Shown one piece after another: positions 24,913-36,636 of a stretch of 64,000 nucleotides of DNA. The stretch covers positions 8,058-72,057 of the forward strand of contig NYXK01000235.1 in the NCBI GenBank assembly GCA_002685535.1, read 5' to 3'. Within the stretch, counting starts at the first letter, position 1. Each line of letters starts with the position of its first letter. A program made the position numbers and the translations under genes. Source of the stretch: Deltaproteobacteria bacterium (GTDB lineage: Bacteria; SAR324; NAC60-12). The notes beneath the pieces are model-generated. The model worked only from the letters and a program-made list of their open reading frames with translations. It searched no databases and was not told the origin of the DNA.

Positions 24913-27123
24913 TCTGACGATAGAGACGGACAAGTCAAAACACGCAAGGCATCAAGGAAGAACAGGATAGACGGACAGAACTGAAAGATTGGAATGAGGT
25001 CCTTCAAAGAAAGATAAATATCGTGCAAAAAGAAACTACTTCAATCATCCCATGTTTTGCATTCAGGGTGAAGAATTTGGGATGAGCATGACTCGTCCAC
25101 AACGCCTTGGGGGAAACAACGCCCAAATCAGGAGAACCCAGACCGAAAGATGCTTTATCAATCTAGATCTGGTGTCCGTCAATCAGAAAAGACTCAATGC
25201 AACGTCCCGCGACCAAGAAAGGAAATGTGTCGCACGACTCCTGGTACGGAGATACTTGGATAGATAGGAGAAGCAACGCCACCGCCCGAAAGATTGCATG
25301 CAAGCAAGAATGATACAGGGAAGATTGTTGGGAATGGAAAAGGAGAATCGACAGACGGGAGAAACTAGGCTTCAGCTCTGCTTGCTTCATTTCAACTTAC
25401 CCGAAGATCCGGTCCTTGCTGATGCGAAACGCTTGCTTTCTATTTCAGCGCGGCTCGAGGAAAGGGATGCCGGAGCATCATGCACGAACACAAGCACGAC
25501 AATGTTGTCGAAGTCATCACGGCGAAGTGCATGCAGGTCGCTGCAGATCGAGCCGCCGGGAAGGTTGCTTTCTCTCTGCCCATGTCTCCCATGTCTCAAG
25601 TCCCGAGAGGAGGCAGCGGACTTTGCAAAAGCGGCCACAACCAGGGACGGCAGAGTGCAATTAGGAGCTTGGCAAGGGCTTGACAGCCCTGCATGGCAGG
25701 GGGCCGTTGGGTCCAATGCCGCCTGTCGGGAAAGCCTGTGCGGGTCAAAGATCCGCCGATTAGTGGTCGATCTAGCGCGTCGCTTCATAACGTCCACTGA
25801 CTAGACTCTGGAGTGGATAACTAAAGCAAACCTTTCTCTGACCTCACCCCAACCCTTTCTCACCACCTGCACAACACCCGTCCGGAGACTCTTTGCTGGT
25901 TTCCATCTCCCCATTGACTGACCAGGTCCCAAACCTCAGCTTTCAGTCAGCCACAATGCCTCCACAGACATGGTTCTGTGGAACATATAGAATTACCCGG
26001 CAGTCATGGCTTGTCACCGGGACCGTTCTTGCATTGATCCCACGCTTGGTTTGCTATCAAAGCTTGATCGAGCTGATAATCCAATTCAGAATGATAAGCT
26101 GAGATCCAGATATGGAAATCTGGCATGTGCTGACCATGCTACCATGAGTATGCAGGTCAAGACGCATACGGAATCCCCCGCCAGCTGGTCCTCTACGGAG
26201 TACTCGGTGAAAGGTCCCTTGCAAGCCACGTTCCTATACATGCTAAGCCCAGCTTTAGATCTGTTGCTGCATTTCTTCTGCTCTCAATGGGTAGGCCTAG
26301 ATGCCATTTCAACTCAGACCTCTCTGTTCTCCCAAAACGAGCTTGCTCTTGTGTTATTTAGCGTTGATTTTAATTTGGCTTATGCGCCTTTTTCAGCCTT
26401 TTTATCAGCCTCTATCACGGACTTCTGATGAGGGCTTCAAGGCAGATACCCTCCCCCGTCGATAGCTGAGCGGCATCTCCTCACTTGAAGCATTCAATGC
26501 ACTGCTACGAGTCAGTAGATCGAACTCTTTGTGCTTTTATTCTTCAGTTACAAACTCTTTAAATCCGCGACTTCCAGTTGCTTGTAAACATTCTGAGAGT
26601 CAATTATTGCTTTTCAACCCCCACGATTTCTCGCTTTGAGTGCATCTTTTGCTCCCAAATCGGGTCAAATAGCGTCAAGGATCTCATACTATCTTCGATC
26701 TGCATGCCCCTATATTATATTGCCGCCCATAAAGCACTGCCTGCATTGCTCAGGCGGGCTGGTCCAGTGACTAATTCTCCTTTCGGGACCCATCATCATT
26801 ATCTAGCGATCCTTCCGATGACCTACACCTCTTTCGGTCAAAAGTGACCGGGTACAGGCAGTCGAATTTCAATGAACGATGCAGCCTCTTAGAGTCCAGC
26901 TTGTAAACGCCACAAGTTTCTTTCATTACAATGATATCTACCTCCAGATCTTGAATCATCTCCTCCTCTTCTTCTCCTCTCCATCTCAAGTTCTTGTCTT
27001 GACGTCTCACGCTCTTTTTGTCCTATAGCTTAATGCTGTCTACGTGACGCCTTACACTCTTTTTCGGTGCTTTCCAGGCTGGTTTCTATAATAATTTTCC
27101 TCTCCCCGACCTCCGCCACCACG

Positions 27124-29103
27124 ATGAGATCCTCAAGCATCGTCAATAATGCCTTTTGGCTGGTTTCTGGAACCGCAACCTTGGCTTCAGCATACAAACC
27201 GCTGGCCACCATCTATCCGTGCCCTTCATGTCCCTCGAGTGCTGCTCCTCCAGCTATCACGGTCACGGCTCAATACCAACCAGTTTCAACCTGCGCGCCC
27301 CACACAATATCAGCGACTTCATATGGCAGTGAACTGTACAAGGTCGAGCCGTCTTGCAGCGCTGCTTACCCATGGATCTCAACTATCATTCCTTGCGCGA
27401 AAGGATCTAGTACAACCATTACCAAGGTTGATCAGACTGTCGAAGTATCATATGTCTCGACTGTTCTGACTTCAGAGATTTCGTACACAACCGCCGCACC
27501 TGCATACAACGGAACTGGATATGGGTACAGCAATGTCACCACTTACACCAGCACCAAACTGACCACCATGGTCGTCGACATCAACTGTCCGTACAACGAA
27601 CTAGGTCCAATGGCTATCCCAGGATATGGAGGAAGCGGTCTCTGCACCATTTGCGCTGAGGACAAGGATGGTAGCAAATCTCAAGCCGTCACTGTCACGA
27701 AGTGCCTCGACAAGGTCTGCTCAACTTACGCGGAAACTTGGGTGTCCACGAAGCCCACGCCAACATCCGTCAGTTCCGCCGTCTACTCAACTGAGACGTA
27801 CTTGCCCAGCGCTGGCGAGTACACCATCCCAGTGACCACAGTCTGCACTGGTTCCAGCCCAGAGTTCACCAAGCCAGTTACCAAGACCTTTACGATCACT
27901 ACCTCAGTATCTGAGGCGCAGACTATCCATGTCACCAAGACCTTGACAATCACTTACAAGGGAAAGCCAGCTCCAACTGCTCCTTCCTCTTCGTCCAAGT
28001 TGACCCTCTCCACTTCGACTTACTGTACCAAGAATGGCGTCCAGACGATCCCAATCGTCGCAACAATCACGCCATCCAAAGCAGGATATTCAATCCCAGT
28101 CACCACCACTGTCTACTACACGACAACTGTCACCAATGCTCCTGTTCATATCGGATGTACCAAGACTGCCACTGTGACTTTCGCCGCCCAACCTTATCCT
28201 ACTGGCGAAACGTGAGTGTTTTCGAACGAGTTTCCGTTACCACAAAGTGCTAACAGGAATATAGAACCAAGAGCTCTGCAGGTTACCCCACAGCACCGGT
28301 CTCCGTTTCTGCAAGCTACACCGCTGGACCAGCCACAAAGACTCCAATCCCAGTGACCAGTGCAGCAAGCTACACTCCCAAGTACCCAACTATAGCCCCA
28401 TACCAGAATAGTACTATGAAAACCTCAACCTACTCTGCTACTACTACCTCAATGGCAGCCAGCTACCCAACCGGATCCTGCGAGTACTCCGGGTGCTACG
28501 GATCACCCAGTGGTTTCGCCGACTTCACCCTTGTCGAGAGCAGCGAGTACATGACCGTCGATATCTGCACAAGCGAGTGTACCGCTTCAGGCTACCCATT
28601 CTCCGGACTCTACGACACGTAAGTACCACCCTTCCCATTTCCCTCACCTGAACCTCCTACATACCTCAGACCAGCACTAACATCGGTCCAGCGAATGCTA
28701 CTGCGCTTCCTCCCTGAGCAGCTGTACCGAGTCCAGCTCAGGCACATGCTCTCTTCCCTGCCCAGGCTCCGCTTCCCAGCACTGCGGCGGCAACGCCATC
28801 ACCGGCGCCAAACGCCTCCAAAGCAAGCTCTTCGACATCTACGAATGTGCCGTCGCACCAAAACCGACCTCCACGACCTCAGATGCAACATCCTACACTG
28901 TCGAGCCGACCGCTGACCCATCGTCTGATCCTGAGCCAGAGGAGTACAAGCGCGATGTCCAGGCTGAGGTGGAGTCGCGTGATGCTGCACGTGATGCTAA
29001 GCTGAGACGTGGTGGTGTGTTGAGGAGTGCGGAGAGTAGCGAGTTGAAGAATGCCGCGATGGTGAAGCGTGACTTTGGTATTAAGGCGCCCTTTGGGTTG
29101 TAA
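27124..29103 (+). CDS. Secreted Ser/Thr-rich protein with C-terminal WSC carbohydrate-binding domain
   Basis: Exons 27124..28211, 28265..28618 and 28692..29103, with GTGAGT and GTAAGT donors and CTAAC branches. Signal-like MRSSSIVNNAFWLVSGTATLASA. Long Thr/Ser/Pro-rich region. WSC pattern CEYSGCYGSP...MTVDICTSECTASGYPFSGLYDT|ECYCASSL...CSLPCPGSASQHCGGNAI...IYEC. Confidence 0.8.
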
Positions 29104-29558
29104 GTGTGTGCGCTGAGATACATAGGAGATACCCGACATCATCTCACTCGCGCGTTGCCATCAGTCGCCATCGCGTGCGTTCGGCTGCGGATTGTACAAT
29201 ACCTCTGGCATTCTTTGGTCTGCTCTGCCCGAAATGTTTATGTCTTTTCTTTATATTATTTTACTTCTTTGGAGGATGATTAGATAAGGATGGTAATTGG
29301 GGAGTTCTAGATGAATGGATTTCTCAGTTGGGGTCGGGGGGAGGGAATCAAGGTGAAAAGTGGTCTTAGACGGGATTTTGTAGGATGTTTATTGTTAATG
29401 CCATGTCAATACCTACCAATATATGTCCTTTTTGCCCGTCGATTCCATGAATATACTCAGCCTGGGCTTCGAAGAGAGCAGAATCGTTAAATGCCCACCA
29501 GAAACATCATATTCATGATCTATTGTACCCATGTAAAGAACCTCCAGTACGCCGTTCC

Positions 29559-31244
29559 TCATGCATGAACAAGTTCCAACTCATTCGCAGTCATCCTATG
29601 CTTCTCATCTCTCACAACCTTCTCAGTCATGACTTCCTCAATTCCCGCTGCACTCTCCCTTCTCGTCGGCCACGCCCCCTTCAATCCTTCCCAACAACTC
29701 ACCTCCACCCCGTTCTCAGCAAACCCCCCAAAATCCCACGACACACCCTTACTACTCTCCAAACTCGGATACACCCTCGATGTAACGGCAAATCTCTCAT
29801 TCGCAAAAACCTCGATTATGGAATTATCCACCACGATTCTGACGTCGAGATCCTCACCAGATAAGAGAAAGAATTTGCCTTCATCCGGACTGCTCTCACC
29901 CAGATTCTCGAGTGATGATCGCGAACGATGGATGCTGATCCGGTGATTGGCGAGGTCGAAGACAATCTTGGTGACTTCAGCGGATGAAGGCGATTCCCTC
30001 ACGTTGAAAACGAAGCGCTCTGTGCCGGAGGTGTTGCGGAACGTTGCTGAGATGTCGTAGTTAGTTGAGCGGAGAGAGCGCAGGCCTTCGAGTGAGGTGA
30101 TGGGAGCTGTTTGTGACTGTCGGAGCTGGGAGACTTGGGGTGCAAGACGCATGCCGAGGGTTGTCATTGTTACAGAACTCTCGTCGATATTCCAGCGGTC
30201 CATGTCTCCCTCTACTTGAGATATTGGAACCGAGATCTCGTAGAGCTCTTTAGGATGGGTTAGGAGACCTGCCCAGCCTTGCTTTTCGACGGCTTCCCGA
30301 TTAGCGGCTTCATTTGCCCAGCCTAGTTGGAGGATGCGGCCTTCGGCGTCGCGGAAGATGTGAGCTGCGTACGCGATGCCGTGGTCGAGTTGGCCGTGGC
30401 TGGTGATCTCGAACTTCGGCTTTCCGTTCTGGAGACTGAGTGTCCCGGAAAGCCAGAGCAGAGCATGCCCATCATGTCGCTTGCTGGTCTTGTCTTCTTC
30501 GATGCCAACGATGATGTAGTGTCTCTCGCCAATAGTGAAGAAACTAGCACATTCGAAATTCATGCCGAAATTCAGTTCGCTCGTAGGTGTGATTTTGGCA
30601 TTTGCTTCCACATCCAGCAGGGTACAGGTGGGCTGCCAATCGAGCAAGTCATTGGACTGGTAGAGAAGAAGCTGTGGTCCACGACCTCTTTCACCGGATG
30701 CAATCATCATATAATTCATTGACGAGTCCACACCGAGTAATTTGGACATTGGTTCCCATTTCGAGACGAATGGGTCTCGCCATCCAGTCGTCCTTTCCAG
30801 CTTTGGTGGAATGGTCATCAGAGGATTGTGTTCGTACCGCTGCCACGAATTCCCATAATCCGTCGAGAAGGCCACAGATTGTGATTCACATCCATCCAGG
30901 TACGGCAACGACCAATGAATCGGCACAGCCGACACACTTGTATAAAACAGAAACAAGACTCTCCTCCCATCCACTATTCTCGATACGATAGATCCAGAGA
31001 ACACACCTAGACGATCATATGTCGCTCCATTTCTCAACGCAGGTGAACAGTCTTCCCACGTGACCAAGTCCTTGCTTCTTGCCATTCCCCAGGCAGAGTT
31101 ACCGCCTCGAGTGGTTCCTGGGTTCCATTGGTAGCATATTCTGTATTCTTTTGTTTCGGGAATGTAGACTGCGCCACATGGGTCGTTGGACCAAGAGTGT
31201 GGTGGAATGAAATGTGATGTTGGGCGGAAGCGGTTGAAAGCCAT
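29559..31244 (-). CDS. Glycoside hydrolase family 32 (invertase / beta-fructofuranosidase), no signal peptide so probably intracellular
   Basis: Uninterrupted ORF. ATG at 31244 (MAFNRFRPTSHFIPPHSWSNDPCG; the track entry starts at a GTG). The GH32 catalytic motifs are all present: WSNDPCG (NDPNG block), GVFSGS, WRDPFV (RDP), NFECASF (EC). Confidence 0.9.
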   Translation of the reverse strand: MAFNRFRPTSHFIPPHSWSNDPCGAVYIPETKEYRICYQWNPGTTRGGNSAWGMARSKDLVTWEDCSPALRNGATYDRLGVFSGSIVSRIVDGRRVLFLFYTSVSAVPIHWSLPYLDGCESQSVAFSTDYGNSWQRYEHNPLMTIPPKLERTTGWRDPFVSKWEPMSKLLGVDSSMNYMMIASGERGRGPQLLLYQSNDLLDWQPTCTLLDVEANAKITPTSELNFGMNFECASFFTIGERHYIIVGIEEDKTSKRHDGHALLWLSGTLSLQNGKPKFEITSHGQLDHGIAYAAHIFRDAEGRILQLGWANEAANREAVEKQGWAGLLTHPKELYEISVPISQVEGDMDRWNIDESSVTMTTLGMRLAPQVSQLRQSQTAPITSLEGLRSLRSTNYDISATFRNTSGTERFVFNVRESPSSAEVTKIVFDLANHRISIHRSRSSLENLGESSPDEGKFFLLSGEDLDVRIVVDNSIIEVFANERFAVTSRVYPSLESSKGVSWDFGGFAENGVEVSCWEGLKGAWPTRRESAAGIEEVMTEKVVRDEKHRMTANELELVHA

Positions 31245-32236
31245 GATGTAGGTAGTGAGATCAGTCCACCTGGATGAAAGAGTGAGAAAGGGCCCAGAAG
31301 GAGATCGTGAAGTCCACACTGGCAGTGAGGAATTCTATATGTCGTCCTTGAGGGCGTGAGAAGACTGGCCTCAGAGAAGGGCAACCAACACTTTATCAAT
31401 ACAGGAAATGTTTCAAGGTATGAGATCAAAATGTCAAAAATTAACGAAGGAAAAAAGCAAAGTCGACGATGAAGACAATACTTATTCCCCCAGATACAAC
31501 GTAGTAGACACACTCCCCAGGACTGGCTCAGGTCCAGAAGTCCACCTTCTCGGCTGAAATCCGACGTTTACCCAAGCCAATGATAATTGTCCCTTGGATC
31601 CATAACTCGTGCCTCCTGACTCAAAAGTCGGAAAACTCTCCTCCTATCTTACCTCTACCTTCTAACAAGGCTTGCCACGCTGGCCAGCGCGGGATTGCGG
31701 CTTTGAAGATGCAGACGAGAATTTCAGCGTGGGTGAATAACCCCACTGCACGTGGCTGATGGTTGTGTTGAAGGCCTTGAGGCTACGTGGAAAGGGGATG
31801 GTGAGAGATGATCGGGCGCCGATAATTCATCCAATTGGTTGCCTCGGCTGTTTGGCTTGGGTCCGGCTGTGTTCTAGATGTGGGGTGTGGAGGTGGGTAG
31901 ATCCTTGGCCGCTAGTTTTCCGCTCATGAACAAGCGTGATGAATGCGAGCGAGATGTATCAGTGTTGATTGGCGCAATACTTAGGGAGACAGGATAAGCA
32001 GATTGCATTGCTCGACTTGGTAGCTCTTCGGGCTTCGGTGCAATAGTGTTCTGTGAGACCAAGATATAGATGGCATTAGATTCCAAACCCAAATCCAAGA
32101 CTGCCTATGCAGCACACCCATTCAGAGCCTATTGTTAAGACTCCTTGCATCGCCCAAATCTCCTATATCGTATAACATGTGTCCCCAGAACCCAAAACTC
32201 CAACATCCAAGCCCATGTGTGTGATCATCCGACTCA

Positions 32237-34069
32237 TCAATCAACATCCGGCGCACTTGGTGGCCAGAAAGCATCCCATCCAGGCGTCGGCATCGAGAAT
32301 GCAAGACTTGGATCGCCCATCATCATGCTGACCGGCGGAACTTCGAAGTTCCCCGCGCCAAGCTGATCCACTGGATTAAAGTCGCCCTCGATAACCGTCT
32401 CCCCATAACCTGGATACTGCACGTTTCCTTGGTCAGGTATCGCAGTCTCTTCATCGTCAAATACCTCTTCAATGCGATCCGATGCTTCACTGTCAGATAG
32501 ACTTCCACGGAGTCGTAATTGCATAAAACCATCACTTTTCAAAGTCAACATCCTCAAATACTTGTCGCCGCCTGGTGTCGTCCCAAGTAACCTGACCATC
32601 TCCAATAAATAATCTCTTGGGCCGATCTCCATCGATGAGCTGTTCACGGCATCCGGATTGAGGAGTAAGACATCGGAAAGACTGCAGCCGATATCGAAGA
32701 CCTTCTCCAGCAGTCCAACGCCATTCGCCTCGAAGGCTTTGACGGGGAGTGAACGTGCAACTTGAACTACATCACGAGCGATGGAGATAGGATACTGGAA
32801 CGACATGCTCTCATCTGAAGACTGGCTCGACAGAAAGCCTTTACTGACACATAGTTGCCATACCAGTGTTCTCAGCCACTGTCGACTAACGCGGAGATCA
32901 GCTTGTTGGATTTCAGTCCTATCTGATCCATCAGGAATGGCAGTCTTCAGAATCTCCTGGAGTTGGATCAATGCCTGAGGTGAAGAATCGCTGCCGGACA
33001 TGTTCCACAATGTCATGAAAGACTCGTCAAAATGCTGGAAGAGAGAGACCAAGTCCAGGAATCCAGATAGAATGGTAGCTTCGGGTCCAGGGTCGACGGT
33101 CGGTAAAGCAATTGTAAGTTGTAAAGTGAGAGGCCGATGCCGCTGTAATGCGTATCCTCTCTCAGTGATGAAAAGTAGCCAGAAACTCCGTCGGCAAAAC
33201 TTGGAGTACTCTGAATCCAAACCCTGATACGTGCCTTCCTCATGAAGACGTAATATTTGAAGCATAGTCATCGATTCTCGAATGTAAAACCATGCCGAAT
33301 TATCCTTTCCCAAACAGAATAACGCCGCGTACAAGAAGAAAGCCGTGTGGATAGATGTGAGTGATGGTTTCTCGATGTGATCGCAGAACCCTCTCGCTCG
33401 GACCGCTTCATTGATAAGATCCTGTGAGCTTGGCCAAGGCGATCCTAATTGTGGAGCATCGATGATCTCTGGTTGAAAAACAATGAGGGCGCAAAGAGCT
33501 GCGACCATTCCATATTGTTCCGGCATCTCATTGAGATGCGGGATCATGGCATACGTTATATCCTTGTCCAAGACGGGCATGATAGGGTATTTGTGAGTGA
33601 AGAAGGCATCCAGGCAAGTTTTGACCAGATCAGCTGACAACAAAGGAGAAGCTCTGAAAGTCGACGCGTTGTCGTCCGTAGAGCTGGAGGCGACCGTCGG
33701 TCCACTCTCTGGAGATAGAACATTTGGCGTAGGATTAAGTATATTGAATAGTGAAAAGTCATTCGTCTCGGTTCCCCGACTTGCCGTATCAATCGGCTGC
33801 TGTTCTCTGGTCGTAGCAGGCGGTCCATTCGAGGCATGCTCAAAGATCCTTGGCCTCTGTATCGGAACCGGCTTCACATCTTTCGCGATTCTTCTCCCTT
33901 TAGGACCCTTCTTCTTGGGAATCGCCAGATACGTGCATTGCAGCTCTGTGATCTGGCAGTTCTTGCACGGCTTCTCTCCATCACAGCGGATCTTTCGTGC
34001 ATGGCAGCAGTCACATGCTTGCCTGATCTTCTGCGCTTTCTTCGAACCAGCGATTGGCTCCGATGGCAT
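32237..34069 (-). CDS. Zn(II)2Cys6 transcription factor, MAL-activator/SUC1-like, with fungal-specific TF middle homology domain
   Basis: Probable ATG at 34069 (MPSEPIAGSKKAQKIRQ). The zinc cluster plus basic linker ACDCCHARKIRCDGEKPCKNCQITELQCTYLAIPKKKGPKGRR closely resembles the yeast MAL-activator N-terminus as I recall it. The middle region reads FFLYAALFCLGKDNSAWFYIRES...CRRSFWLLFITERGYAL. Confidence 0.85.
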   Translation of the reverse strand: MPSEPIAGSKKAQKIRQACDCCHARKIRCDGEKPCKNCQITELQCTYLAIPKKKGPKGRRIAKDVKPVPIQRPRIFEHASNGPPATTREQQPIDTASRGTETNDFSLFNILNPTPNVLSPESGPTVASSSTDDNASTFRASPLLSADLVKTCLDAFFTHKYPIMPVLDKDITYAMIPHLNEMPEQYGMVAALCALIVFQPEIIDAPQLGSPWPSSQDLINEAVRARGFCDHIEKPSLTSIHTAFFLYAALFCLGKDNSAWFYIRESMTMLQILRLHEEGTYQGLDSEYSKFCRRSFWLLFITERGYALQRHRPLTLQLTIALPTVDPGPEATILSGFLDLVSLFQHFDESFMTLWNMSGSDSSPQALIQLQEILKTAIPDGSDRTEIQQADLRVSRQWLRTLVWQLCVSKGFLSSQSSDESMSFQYPISIARDVVQVARSLPVKAFEANGVGLLEKVFDIGCSLSDVLLLNPDAVNSSSMEIGPRDYLLEMVRLLGTTPGGDKYLRMLTLKSDGFMQLRLRGSLSDSEASDRIEEVFDDEETAIPDQGNVQYPGYGETVIEGDFNPVDQLGAGNFEVPPVSMMMGDPSLAFSMPTPGWDAFWPPSAPDVD

Positions 34070-34575
34070 TGCGCTCCATTTGACGATTGTTGGTAGTCTG
34101 GTTGATAGGGCTGAGAGCGTGATGGAGATGTCGTTGATGTGGAAGATCGGACGAAGTCCCGCCTTCAAGGGTTGAGCTAAGTTTTTAGTGGCGCCGAGAT
34201 GGGTTTTGTCCGTGACTCGTGACAAATGGAACCCAAGTTCAGCACTTGCATGAAATTCACTAAGCGAGATGAGATATATCAAAGAAGGGATGGTAGAGTC
34301 ATGTACTCTCATTTACGCCTCAAGGGGAACCAAGTTCTATGCGACAAGTGCGTCCATGAGGCTACTCGCATCCGACTGTACTTCTGCGTGTTGATCACGT
34401 GAGCTTCTTGACTCCCCCAAGCAATGTCACTACATGATCGTTCTGGAGCTTAATTCCGCGTTGTAGGGGAATGATAAAGCGGTTACAAGCCAGAAGCTGC
34501 ATACAAGCTAGCAGTAAGCACATTTCTCGTTGACTCCATCATGTCTCATACAAGTGACGCTCCCCGTCACAGCCG

Positions 34576-36165
34576 TCACAACGGCACACCACTCTCCTCC
34601 ACCCTCATCTTCGGCAACAATCCCAAGATAGTCAATTCCTGGAATGTCTTGAACACGCTCTCGCTCGTATCAACAACGCCAAACCAACCCATCTTCCTAC
34701 ACTTCGTCTCACTCAAACACAACCTCCCAACAGCCCAAAGCGCTGCATCCAAGAATGGGAAAATTTCGCTCGGGTCCTTGAATGGATCATGCGAGTTATC
34801 CAACTTGTGTTCTTGCACGATCTCGGACCAGGCTTTCTGTACATCAGGTTGACTGGCCCATGTCGTGATACTGAAGGAGCTGCGATAAGATGTTGGGGGA
34901 CCCCACCTAAATGTATTAGGTTAGCGAGTATGCAAGCGATTGATATATAAAGAAACCTCTTGAAAGCTTCCCACTTACCCTCTTGGCGGTGGTTCATGCG
35001 GCAATGTCACAGTCTGATACTTCTCATCATCCAACTCCGGTCTCCCAGCCTCGACACCCCACCAGGTCGCCAAAAGAGGCCAGATCCTGCCCCATGAGAA
35101 CGGGGTACCATCGACAGCGTTGAACGCTTGATTCTTCATCCTGTCATCCAGAACGGCGTGTTCGCTTTGATAGCCTGTCAGATAGGCTGATGAGTGCGTG
35201 TGCGCTGTTTCCCAGGCGGCGAGATCGCCTGGGAATTTAAGTGGCTGATGCAGGTGAGAGAGGATGGAGCAGTACAGGCCAAGGCCGTAGAAGACGTTCA
35301 TCTGGGCGTTGTTGGTTGCGCCAATGATCCTGTTTGCGTCGCAATCAGCTCGGTCGCTCAAGTAAATTCCACCACATCACATCGGTTCACTTCGTTCTAA
35401 TCCCTGTTGCTTCCTCCTTTGGCCTGGGAAGTATTGAGAACAAAAGAGACAACCGTACAACTCACCAAGCAGGTCTAATAACATTCCATCCCACGCCCTC
35501 CCTGCCACAATACTCCCAGAGCATATCCTCCTGCGGATAATAGAAGTTCGGTTCGATCTCGACCCTCGGATCACTTTCCACGGCAGGATTCAAACCCATC
35601 CCCAGATGCACGCCATAATTCTTAGCACCCGTTTGCAGTAAGAAGCGTTTAGGCTTGAGTCCTGCGAGGGGAAGAGCGCCTATGAAGTTGCGAAGCAAGG
35701 CAGAGTTGACCTCGACCAGTTTCTCGGCGTTGGACCAGGCTGCTGCACCCGGGGTTGGTGCTGAGAGGCCAGGTTAGCGATGTCTGGATTAGTCGGAGGA
35801 GAGGAGGAGGTCTCACGAGGCTGGAAGTACGAATAGAAGAACACCGCATCCACGCTTTCCACCCTCCCTTTCAAAGCCTTGGCGATCTCTTCTGGCCCAA
35901 GCAGGAAATCACATGCCACGTGCTCGACTCTTTCCTTGCCATCTCCAACCAGGTTCATCAGTCTTGGCGGCGGCGGTCGACGCGATAAAGCATAGATTTT
36001 GCTCCATCGTTCAGGAGCTGATGCTAGAACGCGGAGAGTGTGAAAGCCCGAGATACCATTTGCACCTGTGATGATAGCGACTTTAGGGGTGATGGTTGAG
36101 GGGTAGACAGGGAGGCCGTGGTAGATGGAGGTAGTGTGGAGGGTATGGGTTAGCTCTTTGGACAT
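34576..36165 (-). CDS. NAD(P)-dependent epimerase/dehydratase-type SDR (PRISE / SirQ-like family)
   Basis: Four exons: 35817..36165, 35466..35760, 34979..35329 and 34576..34906. Rossmann motif KVAIITGANGISGFHTLRVL. LLQTGAKNYGVHLG, NFYYPQED, WNVIRPAW|IIGATNNAQMNV and the C-terminal DTSESVFKTFQELTILGLLPK are typical of the family. All splice junctions preserve the frame. Confidence 0.75.
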
Positions 36166-36240
36166 CTTGGAGGGAGTGGTGGGGACCAGGTGATACTAGA
36201 AAAATGAAATGGGTCAATTATTTTGGAAGGAATCCTTCTT

Positions 36241-36268
36241 GAAGGTTGAAGTTTGAAGTTTGAAGTTT
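36241..36268. repeat. Tandem heptamer (GAAGKTT)x4 upstream of the SDR gene
   Basis: gaaggtt gaagttt gaagttt gaagttt, about 80-100 nt upstream of the ATG at 36165 (the gene is on the minus strand). Confidence 0.9.
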
Positions 36269-36636
36269 GAGATGCAATTAATTTTTCGACGGGTTATATG
36301 AGGCAAGTGCAAGGTAATGCTATGACTAGCGGCACCTAAGAAGCTACCCCGCTTAACCCCGCACCTGTCAACATACGTACCTACTTCTCAGTGTCAATTG
36401 CAGGGGAATTTGCCGAAAGACCGAAATACTGATAATCAATGATCCTTCCAATCTGTTGAAAACGAGGAAGATCAGAAGAATGAAGAAAATCCCGAAAATG
36501 TCAAATGCTTGGCTTATCAAGTGTCTTCGAACTTTCGAGTTGCTTGATTACTTTACCCAGCATATAGAGGAACACCACAGGAAACTACAGCACATTGTAT
36601 CAGAGCTTTCAGAAGTTGAAAACTATTCATATTGAT

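Noticed and set aside
25298-25804. Overlapping 168-codon (+) and 136-codon (-) ORFs in the GC-rich interval between the Stealth and WSC genes
   Set aside because: Both strands are open, which is typical of GC-rich non-coding DNA. There are no recognisable motifs. A GTAAGT follows the minus ORF, but I found no downstream exon. I treat it as promoter or intergenic sequence.
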